This document shows, piece by piece, positions 40,076 to 55,734 of a DNA stretch of 64,000 nt (positions are counted from its first letter, which is position 1; each line of letters begins with the position of its first letter). The notes below the pieces were generated by a model. The model was not told the DNA's origin. It made no database searches and was given only the letters and a program-made list of their open reading frames with translations. Both the position numbers and the translations under genes were made by a program. Source of the stretch: Felis catus. Taxonomy: Eukaryota. The DNA is taken from positions 123,568,001 to 123,632,000 of the forward strand of contig NC_058368.1 of the NCBI RefSeq assembly GCF_018350175.1, given 5' to 3'.

Positions 40076-41841
40076 TAAAGCATTTAAATATATCTAGAAT
40101 GTTCATTTTTTAAAGTTTAGGGTATTTAAAGCACCCAGTCTGTACTGACTGCAGTTGCACCTCATTATTTAATCTTTGACTTTTAAAATAGAAGTTTTAA
40201 TAGGTTTAGACGTAATGTCTTCTAAGGCACAAGAAAGGAGAGAAAGGTGGAATCATGTGTAAAACAGTGAATTTGGATAAAAAGTAAATTCTTAATCAGG
40301 GACAAGGAACCCATTCAGTAAACAGTTCCTGAATTTAAACTTTGTTAAAGTTAAACCCAATCTCTAAATAAACTTAGTTAGCAGAATATAATAAAATGTT
40401 GTGTTACGGATTCTAAGAAGTTACGTACAGAAGGATAAAGCATATGAATATGAAAGAAGACACTTCATAGAGAGGGCAATCCTTATACTTAGAAACAGCA
40501 GCAAATGGTTACTTACCCAGTACACAGGGGAGCTTCCCAGGGGTGAAAAGCAGGTAGAAGAGAAATTTCTAGTTTGAGTTCCAGTACAAGCCAAGAAGAC
40601 TCAGGTAAATTGGGTTTTGAGAAATTTTTCAGTAGTCAGCTATTTCTTCACTTAACCTTTTGTCCTTGAAAGTGATTTTTTTCTGCTTAGAGAAGTTTCT
40701 GGCAGTAATTACTAATCATCAAAACACTGAAAAGCACTCACGGTAGAATTGTAAAGGCAAGGCATTTTTTTTTTTTTAATTTTAAAATTTATTGAATGCT
40801 ATACAAAAGAAATAGAAGTACAGTGAGATAGGTGCCATTTCTCTTTAGAAATTTTTACATAGTATTCAGAAACTTTCTCTAACCTGTAACTTTTTAAAAT
40901 TAAACTTTTAAAAATTCCTATAGAATGTGATTTGTCTGTAAAGCAGTTAAAAGCTTCATGTTTTATATTTTAAAATAGTGTAAGTTTTAAAAATCTTTAT
41001 AATTTATCAGTTTAAAATTAGTTAAGTCTCCAAATACAATTGATGCCACAAGAAAATGTGTAAATAAGTGTTTTGCGAGTTTACATTCTTCTTGGCATCT
41101 CAAGGACTCTAGGGTAAGACTGCAGTGTATAATAGATTATTGAACTCAAGAAAGCAGGCTTGATGAGTCAGGATCATTTTATTAAACCTGAAAATCATAA
41201 CCAACCATAATCTTGTAATGATACTCTTGGGCCTTACAGAAATTCGCTTGGATTGCCTTTTCAGAACGTTCTTATCAGATCTTTTTTTAAAAAGGATTGG
41301 CTTTTTTGTTATGTTTTTCTCGTGCCTTTGTTGCTCCCTGGTTGTTAGGTCTGTTTTTGATGCTGTCATTAATATGCATTCTTGTAGCATACTGGTTCTT
41401 AACTCTTTGAGTCAGATATTTTTTGAGAATCTGAAAACAGTGGGCCCTTTCCATCAGAGAATAGTATAGAGACACTTACAGATAAAACTTTGTCCATTCT
41501 CTCTGTGGTTGAATGTCACCCTGAAATGACTTCTAACCTTTCTCCATTAGGTTCTATTCTTAATGGTGAATGGACTCTCCTGAATTCTAAGAATGTATAC
41601 CAAAAAATAAGAACTGTACTTGAAAAATAAGTTTATATTAATCTAATTTTGCAAATTAAGAAAGTTTATTACAATCAAGTAAAAATTGGTATTTAGTAGA
41701 GTTTGAGTCTTTGTTTACTTTCTTATTTCTTAGATTCTGCTATTCCAGAACGTCTAGCTCAAAGATGTTTTTTATGTCCATGGATTAGCCAATCTTTACC
41801 TCTAACTATGGTGTATGTGATCATTTTGCAGCTAAACATTC

Positions 41842-42043
41842 TTTTTTTTTTTTATGTTCACATATTCATTTTTGAGAGGGAGAATGCATGGGGGAGGGGG
41901 GCAGAGAGAAAGGGAGACAGAGGATCTGAAGCAGGCTCTGTGCTGGCAGCAGAGAGCCCATAGTGGGGCTTGAACTCATGAACTGTGAGATCATGACCTG
42001 TGCCAAAGTTAGATGCTTAACCAGCTAAGCCACCCAGGTGCCC
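41842..42043 (-). mobile_element. CAN-SINE
   Basis: Standard structure. Confidence 0.85.
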
Positions 42044-42216
42044 TTGTAATATTTGCATTTTTGTGTTTTCACTTAAACTCCTAAAAGGTGATTTTTTCAA
42101 TCACATTCCCTTTTTTGGAATGTGTTAACTTGTGTTTTGTGTATTTTTCTGATTTAAGAATATGTTTTTCAGCAGGTTTTCTCCTAAACTCTGTGTTTTT
42201 AATTATGTTCACTCAG

Positions 42217-42342
42217 ATTTCCTCTGGTGAATACATTCAGATGTCTGGTCGAGCTGGAAGGAGGGGAATGGATGATAGAGGAATTGTGATTCTTATGGTG
42301 GATGAAAAGATGAGCCCAACGATTGGAAAACAGCTACTTAAG
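42217..42342 (+). CDS. MTREX: MTREX exon 15 (126 nt; motif VI)
   Basis: [42 protein letters not shown]; |GTAACT. Confidence 0.97.
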
Positions 42343-43579
42343 GTAACTGAGTTAAGATTCTGTGGCCTCACCAGGAATTTGAGAAACTTATTTCAGGAGG
42401 TACCTTGAAATTAGTTGTGTCAGTTCCAATACCTTTCTAAGTAGATGAGTTAATCTACTAAACCATTTGTGCTTGAAAGGTAGAAGACAGTAACTGCTCA
42501 AAGTGCTGTACCCTACTTTTGTACCCTACTTTCTGTTATAATAAGTAAAGATCCAACTCATGTGAGGGAGGGAATGTAAAGATCCCCACAGAAGACAGAA
42601 ATATTTACTTTGCCCTCCCAATTTAAGACACTTTCCCTAACTGCCTTCTCCACTGAACAAATTGCTCTTCCTGAGTAGGGCACATGCTCTCAGTATTTTA
42701 GGCCATTACCTTCCCCTAGCTTTGTAACTCCACATGGCTTAATAAATTAATTCTGCAGTCTAGCATTCTAATGCTATTGATGGATCATAAATATCCCAAC
42801 AAACAAAAGTTCAACTTTTAAGCTTTTTTCAAATTAGCCTGTTCATTTTGCGTGTTTAGTATTTTTGTTTTGGATTGTCTTAAGGGTTTTATTTTTGTTT
42901 TATCTTGGAGAACTTCTATGGGAAGTTTGGCCTGGTTGCTTTCCTTCTCCTCCATGCAGTAAGAACTTATTAAAAAAATTCCTAGAGAAAACTGTTAGTA
43001 AGATGGGAAACTCAACATTAATTAAAAATATAAAATTAACTGGCAGATCATTAGCTAAAGCTTCAAAACTTGTTAATTTCATACATGGGTCATTATCTCT
43101 GAAATGGACCCTTTTCAGTTTCTAAGACTTGGGAACAGCAAGCAAGGAGAATTTGAGATATGGGTGTGGGAGGTCTTATATGCTAAAGCAAATATATGTA
43201 AGAGTATATGTTTTTTTTATTTGAAGACAAAGTTTATCTGTACATATTCATAGCCATCATATGGTGTTTTAAAGATTACCACTTGGAAACCTGTTTTTAA
43301 GTGTCCATGTAGCTTTAGTTCTTCATGTAGAGAAAATGACACAAGATTAGAAATTTGTATTTTTAGTCTTCAAATTGTGCCAGATATAGTAAACATTATT
43401 TTTCTTTCCTTGTGATCTATATATGGAAAAAATTGAATCAGGTTGCTAAATAGTAAGAAGCAGGATTTTAATGACAGTATCTGGTTCCTTTAGTACAGAT
43501 TTTTCATTCCATTTACTTGGCATTTCTGCATGTAAAGTGCACCTGTTAAGTTTAAAAGTTCTTTTGTCTTTCATTTCAA

Positions 43580-45430
43580 AAATTTTGTTGTGGAAAAAAT
43601 ATTAATTCTTGAATATTCTGTTGAGATCTACCCTCAACAAATTTTTAAATTTCAAAATATATTATTGTTGACTATAGGTACACTATCATATGTCATATCT
43701 CTGGAGCTTACTTATCTTGCTTGACTGAAAGTTTATGACTTTTGATTAGTAATTAACCTTTTATACCCCACCTCAGTTGTTGGCAACCACCATTCTACTA
43801 TTTGATTCCATGAACTTGACTATTTCAGAAAAATCATATTTGTGGATTCATGCAGTATTTATCTTTCTGTGGCTTATTTCATTTAGTATGATGTCCTCAA
43901 GTTCATGTTGTCACATATTGCAGAATTATTTTCTTTAAGGCTCAATTGTATTCCATTTTATGTATATACCACCTTTTTTTTAATCCATTCACCTATTGAT
44001 GGACATTTAGATTATTTCCACATCTTGGCTATGTGAATAGCACTGCACTGAACATAGGAGTGTTAGTATCTGGTCACCATTTTAATTTTGATTCTTTTGG
44101 TTAAATACCCAGAAATAGAATGCCAGATCATATGTAGTTCTTATTTTTTTTTTTTAATTTTTTGAGGAATATCCATTCTGACCATTGTAGTACGCAAGAG
44201 TTCCCATTTCTCCATCATTTTTATTTTAATGTTTATTTTGAGAGAGAGAGAGAGAGTTAGGGAATGGCAGAGAGAGAGAGGGAGAGACACAGAATCTGAA
44301 GCATGCCCTGGACTCTGAACTGTCAGCACTGAGCGTGAGACAGGGCTTGAACTGACGAGCCATGAGATCATGACTTGAGCTGAAGTCAGATGCTTAACCG
44401 ACTGAGCCACCCAGGCGCCCCTTTCCATCATTTCTTTCTTTTTTTTTTTTTTTTTTTTAATTTTTAAAAATATCCATCCATTTTGAGATTGAGTGAGAGA
44501 GAGAGAGAGAGACAGAGGACAAGCAGGTGAGGGGCAGAAAGAGAGGGAGACACAGAATCCGGAGCAGGCTCCAGGCTCTGAACTGTCAGCATAGAGCCTG
44601 ACACAGGGCTCAAACCCAGGAACCGCAAGATCATGACCTGGGCCAAAGTCACATGCCCAACCAACTGAGCCACCCAGATGCCGCTCCATCATTTCTTAAA
44701 TTAACTCTTTAAAGCAGGTTTATTGAGATATTATTCACATTGCATACATTAATCAATATTCCTGATTTTTAATATATTCACGGTTTTGCCACCATCATTA
44801 CAATCAGTTTGGGAATATGTTTATCAGCCCAAAAAGAAATCTTATATCCATTCAATCACTCCCCATTTCCTTCCTTTTTCATTTCCCCTAAGCAAACCAC
44901 TAACCTATTCTTTGTCTCTATAGACTTACCTATTCTAGGCATTTCATATAAATGTATTCAGATAATATGTGATGTTTTGTATCTGGCATTTCTTTAGCAT
45001 AATATTTTCAAGGTTTAGCCATATTGCAATATGTACCAGGTCTTCATTCCTTTTTATTGATGAATATTGTTCCATTGTGTGGATTTAGTACAGTTTATCC
45101 CTTTATCAGCAGATGTATATTGAGGTTGTTTGTACATTTTGGCTATTGTGAATAATGCTGCTATGAATGTTTCTTTACAGGTTCTTAGGTGAACTTGTTT
45201 TTACTTCTTTTCCATATATACCTACGAGTGAAATTGCAACGTCATATGTAATTCTATGTTTAACCTTTTGAGGACTTGGCAGACTGTTTTTCCTCAGCAG
45301 GTGTACCATTTTACAGTCTTACCAGCAAAGTATGAGGATTGTAATTTCTTTGCATTCTAGCCAACACTTGTTATTACCTGTTCTTTTGATTTATAATCAT
45401 ACTAGTGAATGTTGTACTAGTGGTACCTCT
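43580..45430 (-). mobile_element. Two old L1 3'-end fragments (antisense) with two SINEs between them
   Basis: GGCAACCACCATTCTAC, TTGATGGACATTTAGATTATTTCCACATCTTGGCTAT and GTGAATAATGCTGCTATGAA motifs. Confidence 0.8.
44221..44684 (-). mobile_element. Two tandem CAN-SINEs sharing one target site
   Basis: TCCATCATTT occurs at 44211, 44424 and 44685. Confidence 0.9.
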
Positions 45431-45941
45431 CACTTAGAATACTGTATAGTTTGACTTGTTGAAAGGGTATAGTACCTGCTTATTGATAATATTGCAGTTA
45501 CATAAGCAAATATGTGTCTACATTTCTAGGTTTCTGGACACATTTATTGAGACTAACTACCCTACTACTTTTTTTGTCCCCTAGGATTTTTTCAGGTAGT
45601 TTTACTATTGTTAAAGAATTTGTAGGCAACTTATTAGAACAATAGCAACTAATAGTTTTAGAACATTTTACATATTTTAGGCATGGAAATAATTACTGGT
45701 ACTATCCCAATTTTATAAATAAATAAGGCATACAGAAATATTAAGAATTTTTTCCAAAGTCATTTTGTTGTTAAATGGCAAATCCTGCTTTTAAAGTAAG
45801 GCAATGTGATTTCAGAGTCCATTCTCCTAACCACCATGTGCTACTACTGCTTCTCAGTACTTCATGCAAATAGATTGTTCAGTTACTGGCTCAGACAGAA
45901 TTTGGCATGACAGCACATGCCAAATTGTTCTTTTGACAAAC

Positions 45942-46153
45942 TTTTTTTTTTTTTTTTAATATTTATTTTTGAGAGAGACAGAGTGTGAGCCAGGGAGGGG
46001 CAGAGAGAGAGAGAGGGAGACACAGAATCCGAAGCAGGTTCCAGGCTGTGAGCTGTCAACACAGAGCCCGACGTGAGGCTTGAACTCACAAACTGTGAGA
46101 TCATGACCTGAGTCAAAGTCAGATGCCTAACTAACTGAGCCACCCAGGTGCCC
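45942..46153 (-). mobile_element. CAN-SINE
   Basis: Standard structure. Confidence 0.88.
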
Positions 46154-46714
46154 AATTCTTTTAACATACTTAATACAGTATATGAACTTATAAATCATTA
46201 TAACCTTAGGTCTGTTTTATTTTCCTTTAAATGTCAATAATTGAGATTCACCCTTAAGTAATAGGATTTTACTGAATGGAATGTTTATTTTCTCAAGTAA
46301 TAATTAAAATACATAGATTATTCAGAGTCACTGTATGTTAAAGGAATTAGTATGCTTTGTACGTTGGTAAAATTTGGATCTGTTTGTCATATTTAATCAT
46401 TCTTCCTTTTGTTGGGTTAAGTAGCCTTAGCCAGAAAGATGACAGAATACATCTGTTCATTGCTTGTTGGCTAAAGGTTATTTGTTGCAATTTACAGTAT
46501 CTTAGCATGCATACGCAGTTCTATATTTGTGCATGTAAATCATTTAATGATCTTACATTTAAAATATTTTAGTAATTTCTTTCTTAGCCTCTTTGGCTTG
46601 ACTAGTTTTCTACCACCCATTATATAAACGTATTCAGCTTCCCAAAATGGCTCTTGTTACAGTGTCCTCTTTTTGTTTATCTAATACCTTCATATCCATT
46701 GCCCTTTAAAACTT

Positions 46715-47056
46715 TTTATTTTATTATGTTTATTTTTTAATGTTTATTTATTTTTGACAGAGAGAGAGACAGAGTGTGAACAAGGGAGGGGCCGAGAGGG
46801 AGACATAATCCAAAGCAGGCTCCAGGCTCTGAGCTGTCCGCACAGAGCCGGATGCAGGGCTTGAACCCACAAACCAGGAGATCATGACCCTGATCGGGGT
46901 CTGAAGTTGGATGCTTAACTGAGCCACCCAGGTGCCCCCGTTGCCTTTTTTTTTTTTTAAGTATATTTATTAATCTCTACACCTAACGTGGGCTTGAACT
47001 CATGACCCCCAGATCAAGAGTTATATACTTTACTGATTGAGCCAGCCGGCTTCCCC
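46715..47056 (-). mobile_element. CAN-SINE followed by a short older SINE
   Basis: Two heads, at ~46938 and ~47056. Confidence 0.8.
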
Positions 47057-47815
47057 TCCATCTGTTGCTTCTTATTTATGGTCAGAGTTTTTATCTATTA
47101 GTTCAGATAGAATTTGACATAAGACAGGAGCTTGTTCTTTTTGTATATACTTGATGTGAGCTACAAAAAAAAAACAAAACAACTATTCATTATAATGTTT
47201 TCTTAAATGAAAAGTTGGGTAAGACAGAAAGTGTGTGTATAATATCCAGAAAGACTGGTGAATGTATCTTTTATTCTTCAGCAGTTAAGAGATCCTTTAC
47301 ATTTCTCCAGTATAATCACAAAAACATATATATTCCATAATTTCTGAAATGAAATTTCAACTTAATGGTTTCTTACAGAACATATTGTGCTTTTTGTAAG
47401 AGACTATCCAGGCTTTCTGCTTATAAACAGTTGTGTGTTCATTTCAACCTGAATTATGTTGTTAACGGCTAAGGAAGATGAAATTTTTTTCCTGGTTTTT
47501 CAAAGCTTTTGGAACTTTAGGAAGAACATACCTTGAGTATGTGATTTCTTATGGACCTTTTTTGAAGAAGTGGAAAGACCCATGTTTATGCATTTTCTTC
47601 TATCTTCCACTATTATAGTTCAAAAAGCAAAAATAGAGTGGCAATTTTTTATACTCCTTGCCTGAATGAACCATGTACTCTACAATTTCAGAAATCATTA
47701 GAAGTAGAATACCATTCGAAAGGTAGTATTACAAATCTGCTTTGGAAAATTGATATGTAGCTCTCTTAATCGTACTACCTTTCAGTGAGCAACTTGTAAA
47801 CTGAAATAATCCTTA

Positions 47816-48025
47816 AGGGGAGCCTGGGTGGCTCAGTCAGTTAAGCGTCTGACTTCAGCTCAGGTCATGATCTCACGGTTTGTGAGTTCAAGCCCTGCGT
47901 CGGGCTCTGTGCTGACAGCTCGGAGCCTGGAGCCTGCTTCGGATTCTGTGTCTGTCTCTCTCTCTATCCCTCCCTGACTAGTGCTGTGTCTCTCTCTGTC
48001 TCTCAAAAATAAATAAATGTAAAAT
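47816..48025 (+). mobile_element. CAN-SINE
   Basis: Standard structure. Confidence 0.88.
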
Positions 48026-48689
48026 AATGCTTAAAAAACTACTTAGTATTGCCTACCGTTGTTCCAGGTTAAAGTTTAGGTGACCCTTTTATTAGGCTTT
48101 CTGTTGATACATGATTTAAAAATTTTATAATTTGGCTGATCAAATTAAATATATAAAAAGTTGAGAAATACTTGATCAGTATTTGAGGGTTCCTATAATT
48201 TTAGTAATGTGAATATTGAATATTGAAAAGATAGGGATGTGAAGTAAGTTACAATTTAATTTGCCCTCTAGGAGGATTTTAGCCCACAGACTCCATAAGA
48301 TGGATCCTCCTACCTCTTTAGCTTGAGCAAGTTTCTTCACATCTCTGAACCTGTTTCTTGTTTAAAATTAAGACAGTAAATTGGTTTTGTTAGGAATATT
48401 GTGAATTGAAAACTTACTATTGAAAGTGATTAGTATAGTGATTGGCACATGCTTTGTAGATGTGGTCATTTTTAAACTTGGTGAATCTATTTACATATAT
48501 ACATAGAACAGAAAGTGAATAGTGAGCAGTATATGGCTCAATAGCACAGTGTCTACTAACTCCAATTCGGGAAGGAAAAAGATGGATTTTCACACCAGCA
48601 ATTAAATACTTGGCCAGAAAGTGTAACCTTATGAAGTGCCTAGAAGGCAGAAAGCTAAACATACTTGGCTTTTATTTTAAGAACAGTAT

Positions 48690-48904
48690 TTTTTTTTTTA
48701 ATTTTAACGTTTATTTATTTTTGAGACAGAGACAGAGCATGAATGGGGGAGGGTCAGAGAGAGAGGGAGACACAGAATCCGAAACAGGCTCCAGGCTCTG
48801 AGCGGTCAGCACAGAGCCTGGCGCAGGGCTCGAACTCACGGACCGTGAGATCATGACCTGAGCCAAAGTCGGACGCTTAACCGACTGAGCCACCCAGATA
48901 CCCC
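48690..48904 (-). mobile_element. CAN-SINE
   Basis: TSD AAGAACAGTATTTT. Confidence 0.9.
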
Positions 48905-48931
48905 AAGAACAGTATTTTAAGAACTGCTCTT

Positions 48932-49150
48932 GGGGTGCCTAGTTGGCTTAGTCGGTTGAGCATCCAACCTTGGCTCTCAGGTTATGATCTCACGTCTTGT
49001 AGTTTGAGTCCCGCGTTGGGCTCTGTGCAGACAGCTCAGAGCCTGGAGCCTGCTTCAGATTCTGTGTCTCCCTCTCTCTCTGCCTCTCCCCTGCTTACAC
49101 TCTCATATCTCTCTCATTCAAAAATAAATAAACATTAAAAAAAAAAAATT
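48932..49150 (+). mobile_element. CAN-SINE
   Basis: TSD TTAAGAACTGCT. Confidence 0.9.
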
Positions 49151-49362
49151 AAGAACTGCTGTTCCTAGTCAGTGGATTTTTCCCCCTTCCCTTTCCCAAA
49201 TCTCAACTGTTTTATCACCTTGTGTTGGTCATTTAAAGGAAATAACTTAATACATTTCTATAGTATTCCTTAACATTGATTAAATTGTTAAGCAGTTTAA
49301 TTGGCATCTGTATAAATTTATTTGAAAAAGTTACAACATTGACATTTTTTTTTTCCTCTTAG

Positions 49363-49513
49363 GGCTCAGCTGATCCTCTAAATAGTGCTTTCCATTTGAC
49401 CTACAACATGGTTTTGAACTTGCTACGTGTAGAAGAAATTAATCCTGAGTACATGTTGGAAAAGTCCTTTTACCAGTTTCAACATTATAGAGCAATTCCA
49501 GGAGTAGTAGAGA
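49363..49513 (+). CDS. MTREX: MTREX exon 16 (151 nt)
   Basis: [50 protein letters not shown]; |GTAAGT. Confidence 0.97.
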
Positions 49514-50296
49514 GTAAGTATAAAATTACTGTAACAGTCTATTTAGCTAGTAGAGTAATAGCATAATTACTGCATTATTGGCTGCTAGGCCATTGTTTAT
49601 TTTCTGGTTAGCTATATCTTGGTTTTTACATAAAGTGAGTACTACAATCTGATTATTATAACCAACTAGAACATTTTAAAATAAAAGTAAGAAAACTCTG
49701 TCAGAATACCTTTATAGTTGGTTCAAATTTAATATCATTTAGTGTTATAGTCATATTACGTTATAGCTCATGTTGATGAATAATGATACAACAAAAAGCC
49801 TGGTATATTAAAATTTGACCTGTAAGAAGCATGTGTGTATTAGACTTGCCCTTGTGTGTTTTCTCAATATAAAAGAGTGCCACAGCACAAGTTTATAAAT
49901 GATTAAGGAAATTTAATACTTCAACTGGGATTTGAGTTCAGCCTTTTTAGAATTTCTAGCTCCTATTATGATAATGCTTTCTGAAGTTCAGAAACTTAAG
50001 TGTTCTGTGGTAACTCTTTTCAAGTAGAATTGATTCTTAGAGGATATTTTGGCTGATCATCAGAGCTGATTAAAATCCAAAACAGAGGCAAAGATTGAAA
50101 ATACTGTTTTGGGTAGATCTTACAAAAATAATACATAGTCATAAAGAAAAAGCCCCCAGAAAATTGAGCAGAAGATAAAGAGGAAAGTTAAAATCACTTG
50201 TAACCTCCTACAGAGCCAGCCACAACACTTTGTAGTTCTTCAGTTTTTTTCTTTCTCATACAAATGTTTTTTTTTTAAAGTGGGATTAAGAACATT

Positions 50297-50405
50297 AGTT
50301 CTTCCTTAACCACGGTTGTTATGTGTTCCAAGATTCTCACAGGATACCTGAAGAGTATCCTGAGAGTTGTAACAATATATTGTAATAAAGGTTACGTGAA
50401 TAAGG

Positions 50406-50438
<33 letters not shown>

Positions 50439-50672
50439 TTGTCCCTCCCAACCTCCCACGCCCCACCCCCAAAATATTATACTGTACACACCTTTCTTGT
50501 GATGATAAAATGCCTACCTGATGAGGCAAAGTGAGGTAAATGACATAGGCATTGTGATGTAGTGTCAGGCTACTATTGACCTTCTGACAGATCATCTGTT
50601 TATAGAACGCATTTGAACACAAGTAACTGAAACTACAGAAAGCAAAACTGTGGATAAGGGGGAAGATGACTG
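50297..50672. mobile_element. MER2-like TcMar-Tigger DNA transposon
   Basis: CCTTAACCACGG..ATGTGTTCCAAGA at the left end; GTAACTGAAACTACAGAAAGCAAAACTGTGGATAAGGGGGAAGATGACTG-TA at the right end. Confidence 0.7.
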
Positions 50673-51374
50673 TATACAGTTTTTATAAAAGTAACATTGG
50701 TTACATTTATAACTAAATTTACATTTAGTACCTTTTGTTAAATATTTACCTTATGCCTTGGCTTTGTGTCAATACTTTACATTCATTACCAGCTCTGGCT
50801 TTTTAAAATTTAATTTCCAGTACTTTTTGAAAGTATGATATTTATAACTACATAACATTTCCATTTTATAAATGTGCTATGATACATTTAACAATAAAGG
50901 CAAATTTGAGATACTTTTATATCAGTTCAATTTTTATGTAGCCAAAAGTAAATGAATTTTAATAATGTGCCTTAAAGGAAAAAGGCTTAAAACATCCAAC
51001 TGTGTTCATTTATTTTTTCTTTTTCTTTTCTTTACCTTTACATGGATGATAGATCATAGTTATTTCTTCTTATGTTAATTTTTCAGGTCTTAAGTAAGAG
51101 AGGGTTCTTCATTACAAACTATAAAACTGGAAGGAGCTTTGTGATCATTTTACAAGTTGTTTTAAAGACCTAGCACTCCCTTCTCCCTGAATCCCCGTAT
51201 CCTTATTGCTAAGTGCCATGGCTGCCCCTTCAGATTCTGATTAGACTTTACCAGCCATGTGGGATCAGTCATTCGCCAATCACTGAAAGATTGAGCCCCC
51301 AGATACCTTTGTTTGTCCTGTCCCCAGCAACCCCAGTTGATGGCCACAAACAAAGCAGATCTGGTTGTGGATGA

Positions 51375-53810
<2,436 letters not shown>

Positions 53811-54045
53811 AAAGGCCTAAGAATAAATAAAGGTCTAGGGAAGTTTAACTCAATATCTGTGGGTATACGTTTGATTGGTGGCATAATTAGGATTAGAATT
53901 TTGGACTCGTGCTGCTAAGCTAAGCTGTTTTTATTAAGTCATAGGTCATTCTTTTTTAATGTGGTAAGAATAGATTCAGTAACTTCTCTGAAAAATACAA
54001 GGCTGAAAAAAAGGTGATTAAAGAAACTTGAGCTGGTTGGTTTTT

Positions 54046-54420
54046 TATTTTTTGGGAAAGGTTTTTTTTTTTTTTTTTTTTTGATTTTTTTTTTTTTTCA
54101 ACGTTTATTTATTTTTGGGACAGAGAGAGACAGAGCATGAACAGGGGAGGGGCAGAGAGAGAGGGAGACACAGAATCGGAAACAGGCTCCAGGCTCTGAG
54201 CCATCAGCCCAGAGCCTGACGCGGGGCTCGAACTCACGGACTGCGAGATCGTGACCTGGCTGAAGTCGGACGCTTAACCAACTGCGCCACCCAGGCGCCC
54301 CTTGGGAAAGTTTTTTAATGTTTATTTATTTTGAGGGGGAGAGAGATCCCCCTCAAAATTTTGAAATCACAACCTGGGCTGAAGTCAGATGCCGAACCAC
54401 CTGAGCCATTCAGGTGCCCC
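54046..54420 (-). mobile_element. Young SINE (54062-54301) nested in the tail of an older, internally deleted SINE
   Basis: Inner TSD TTGGGAAAG; outer TSD TGAGCTGG.TGGTTTT. Confidence 0.88.
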
Positions 54421-54884
54421 TGAGCTGGCTGGTTTTAAGACTTACCTTTACTTTAAATACCACAAACAAAACTTGAATTTTTAAAATACACCTTATAAAA
54501 TTAATGGCAAATGTATATAATTTCAGATTATATTTATTATTTTCTTGTTAAGTATTTGATGCCATTTGTCTTGGTGAATAATTATGACCTTAGCAAAGAG
54601 AATAATGATTCTCTTTTGTCAAGGAAGCATATTTTTAAAGGGGTTATAAATCTTTCTCCTGCAAAGTAATTGTATATAATAATAGAATAAAAAACAGTAT
54701 CAGTAAGATTTAAGTACATTGTGGATTTGGATGTAAATTAAGGAAGTATTTTTATCAGATTAGGGCATTCATTAATTTTGCTTCATATGTAGAAATTTCC
54801 GATGCTGCCTTTGAAATACATATACGGTTACAAGCCAGCTTAATATTTTAAATAAAAAGAATTAAACTTTAAAATATTCCTACT

Positions 54885-55090
54885 GGGGTGCCTGGGTGGC
54901 TCAGTCAGTTAAGTGTCCGACCTTGCATCAGGTCATGATCTCATGGTTCATGGGTTCGAGCCCAAATTAGGGTCTGTGCTGACAACTCAGAGCCTGGAGC
55001 CTGCTTCAGATTCTGTGTCTTCCTGTCTCTCTGCCCCTCCCCCACTCACGCTCTGTCTCTCCTTCTCTCTCATAAATAAACATAAAAGAT
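54885..55090 (+). mobile_element. CAN-SINE
   Basis: TSD TAAAATATTCCTACT. Confidence 0.9.
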
Positions 55091-55558
55091 TTTTTTTTAA
55101 AATATTCCTACTAAGCAGTTACCGCTAGGTCATGCATGAATGGGATAATTATATACACACATACACAGCCATTAGTTAGATTGGTTTAGTTACTGAATAA
55201 CCAAGAGAAGTAGGAGGCACATTGGTACACCAACCTTTCATGTTTTTTCTTTATAAAAATACTGTATTCTAACAACCAACAAATTCTTTTTAATTTCACT
55301 TTATATTATTCTTTTATAATTCCTTAGAAAGTATGCCAGATATGGTGGGGGATAGAGTGAGAACTCAGTATTTTCCCATTTATTTAAACCCCTTTTTATG
55401 ACTTCTCACTGGACTCAGATTATTAAATGACTTTGACAAAGTCTCTGCTACCTACTCCATGAACTGAAACATTACCATCATTTCTCAATCCCCTGTTCTC
55501 TGTCTCTCTGAGCCCTAGCTGCTGTTATTTTCAGGGTGGTTTTGACTGACTTGCCTTT

Positions 55559-55734
55559 GAGACAGAGCATGAATGGGAGAAGATCAGAGAGAGAGGGAGA
55601 CACAGAATCGAAGCAGGCTCCAGGCTCTGAGTTGTCAGCACAGAGCCTGACGCGGGGCTCGAACCCACAGACCGCGAGATCATGACCTGAGCTGAAGTCG
55701 GACGCTTAACCGACTGAGCCACCCAGGCGCCCCC
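55559..55734 (-). mobile_element. CAN-SINE lacking an A-tail
   Basis: TSD-like CTGACTTGCC(C)TTT. Confidence 0.87.

Noticed and set aside
44141..44692. 183-aa minus-strand ORF, and many similar 'GAWVAQSVK' ORFs
   Set aside because: They are translations of CAN-SINE sequence.
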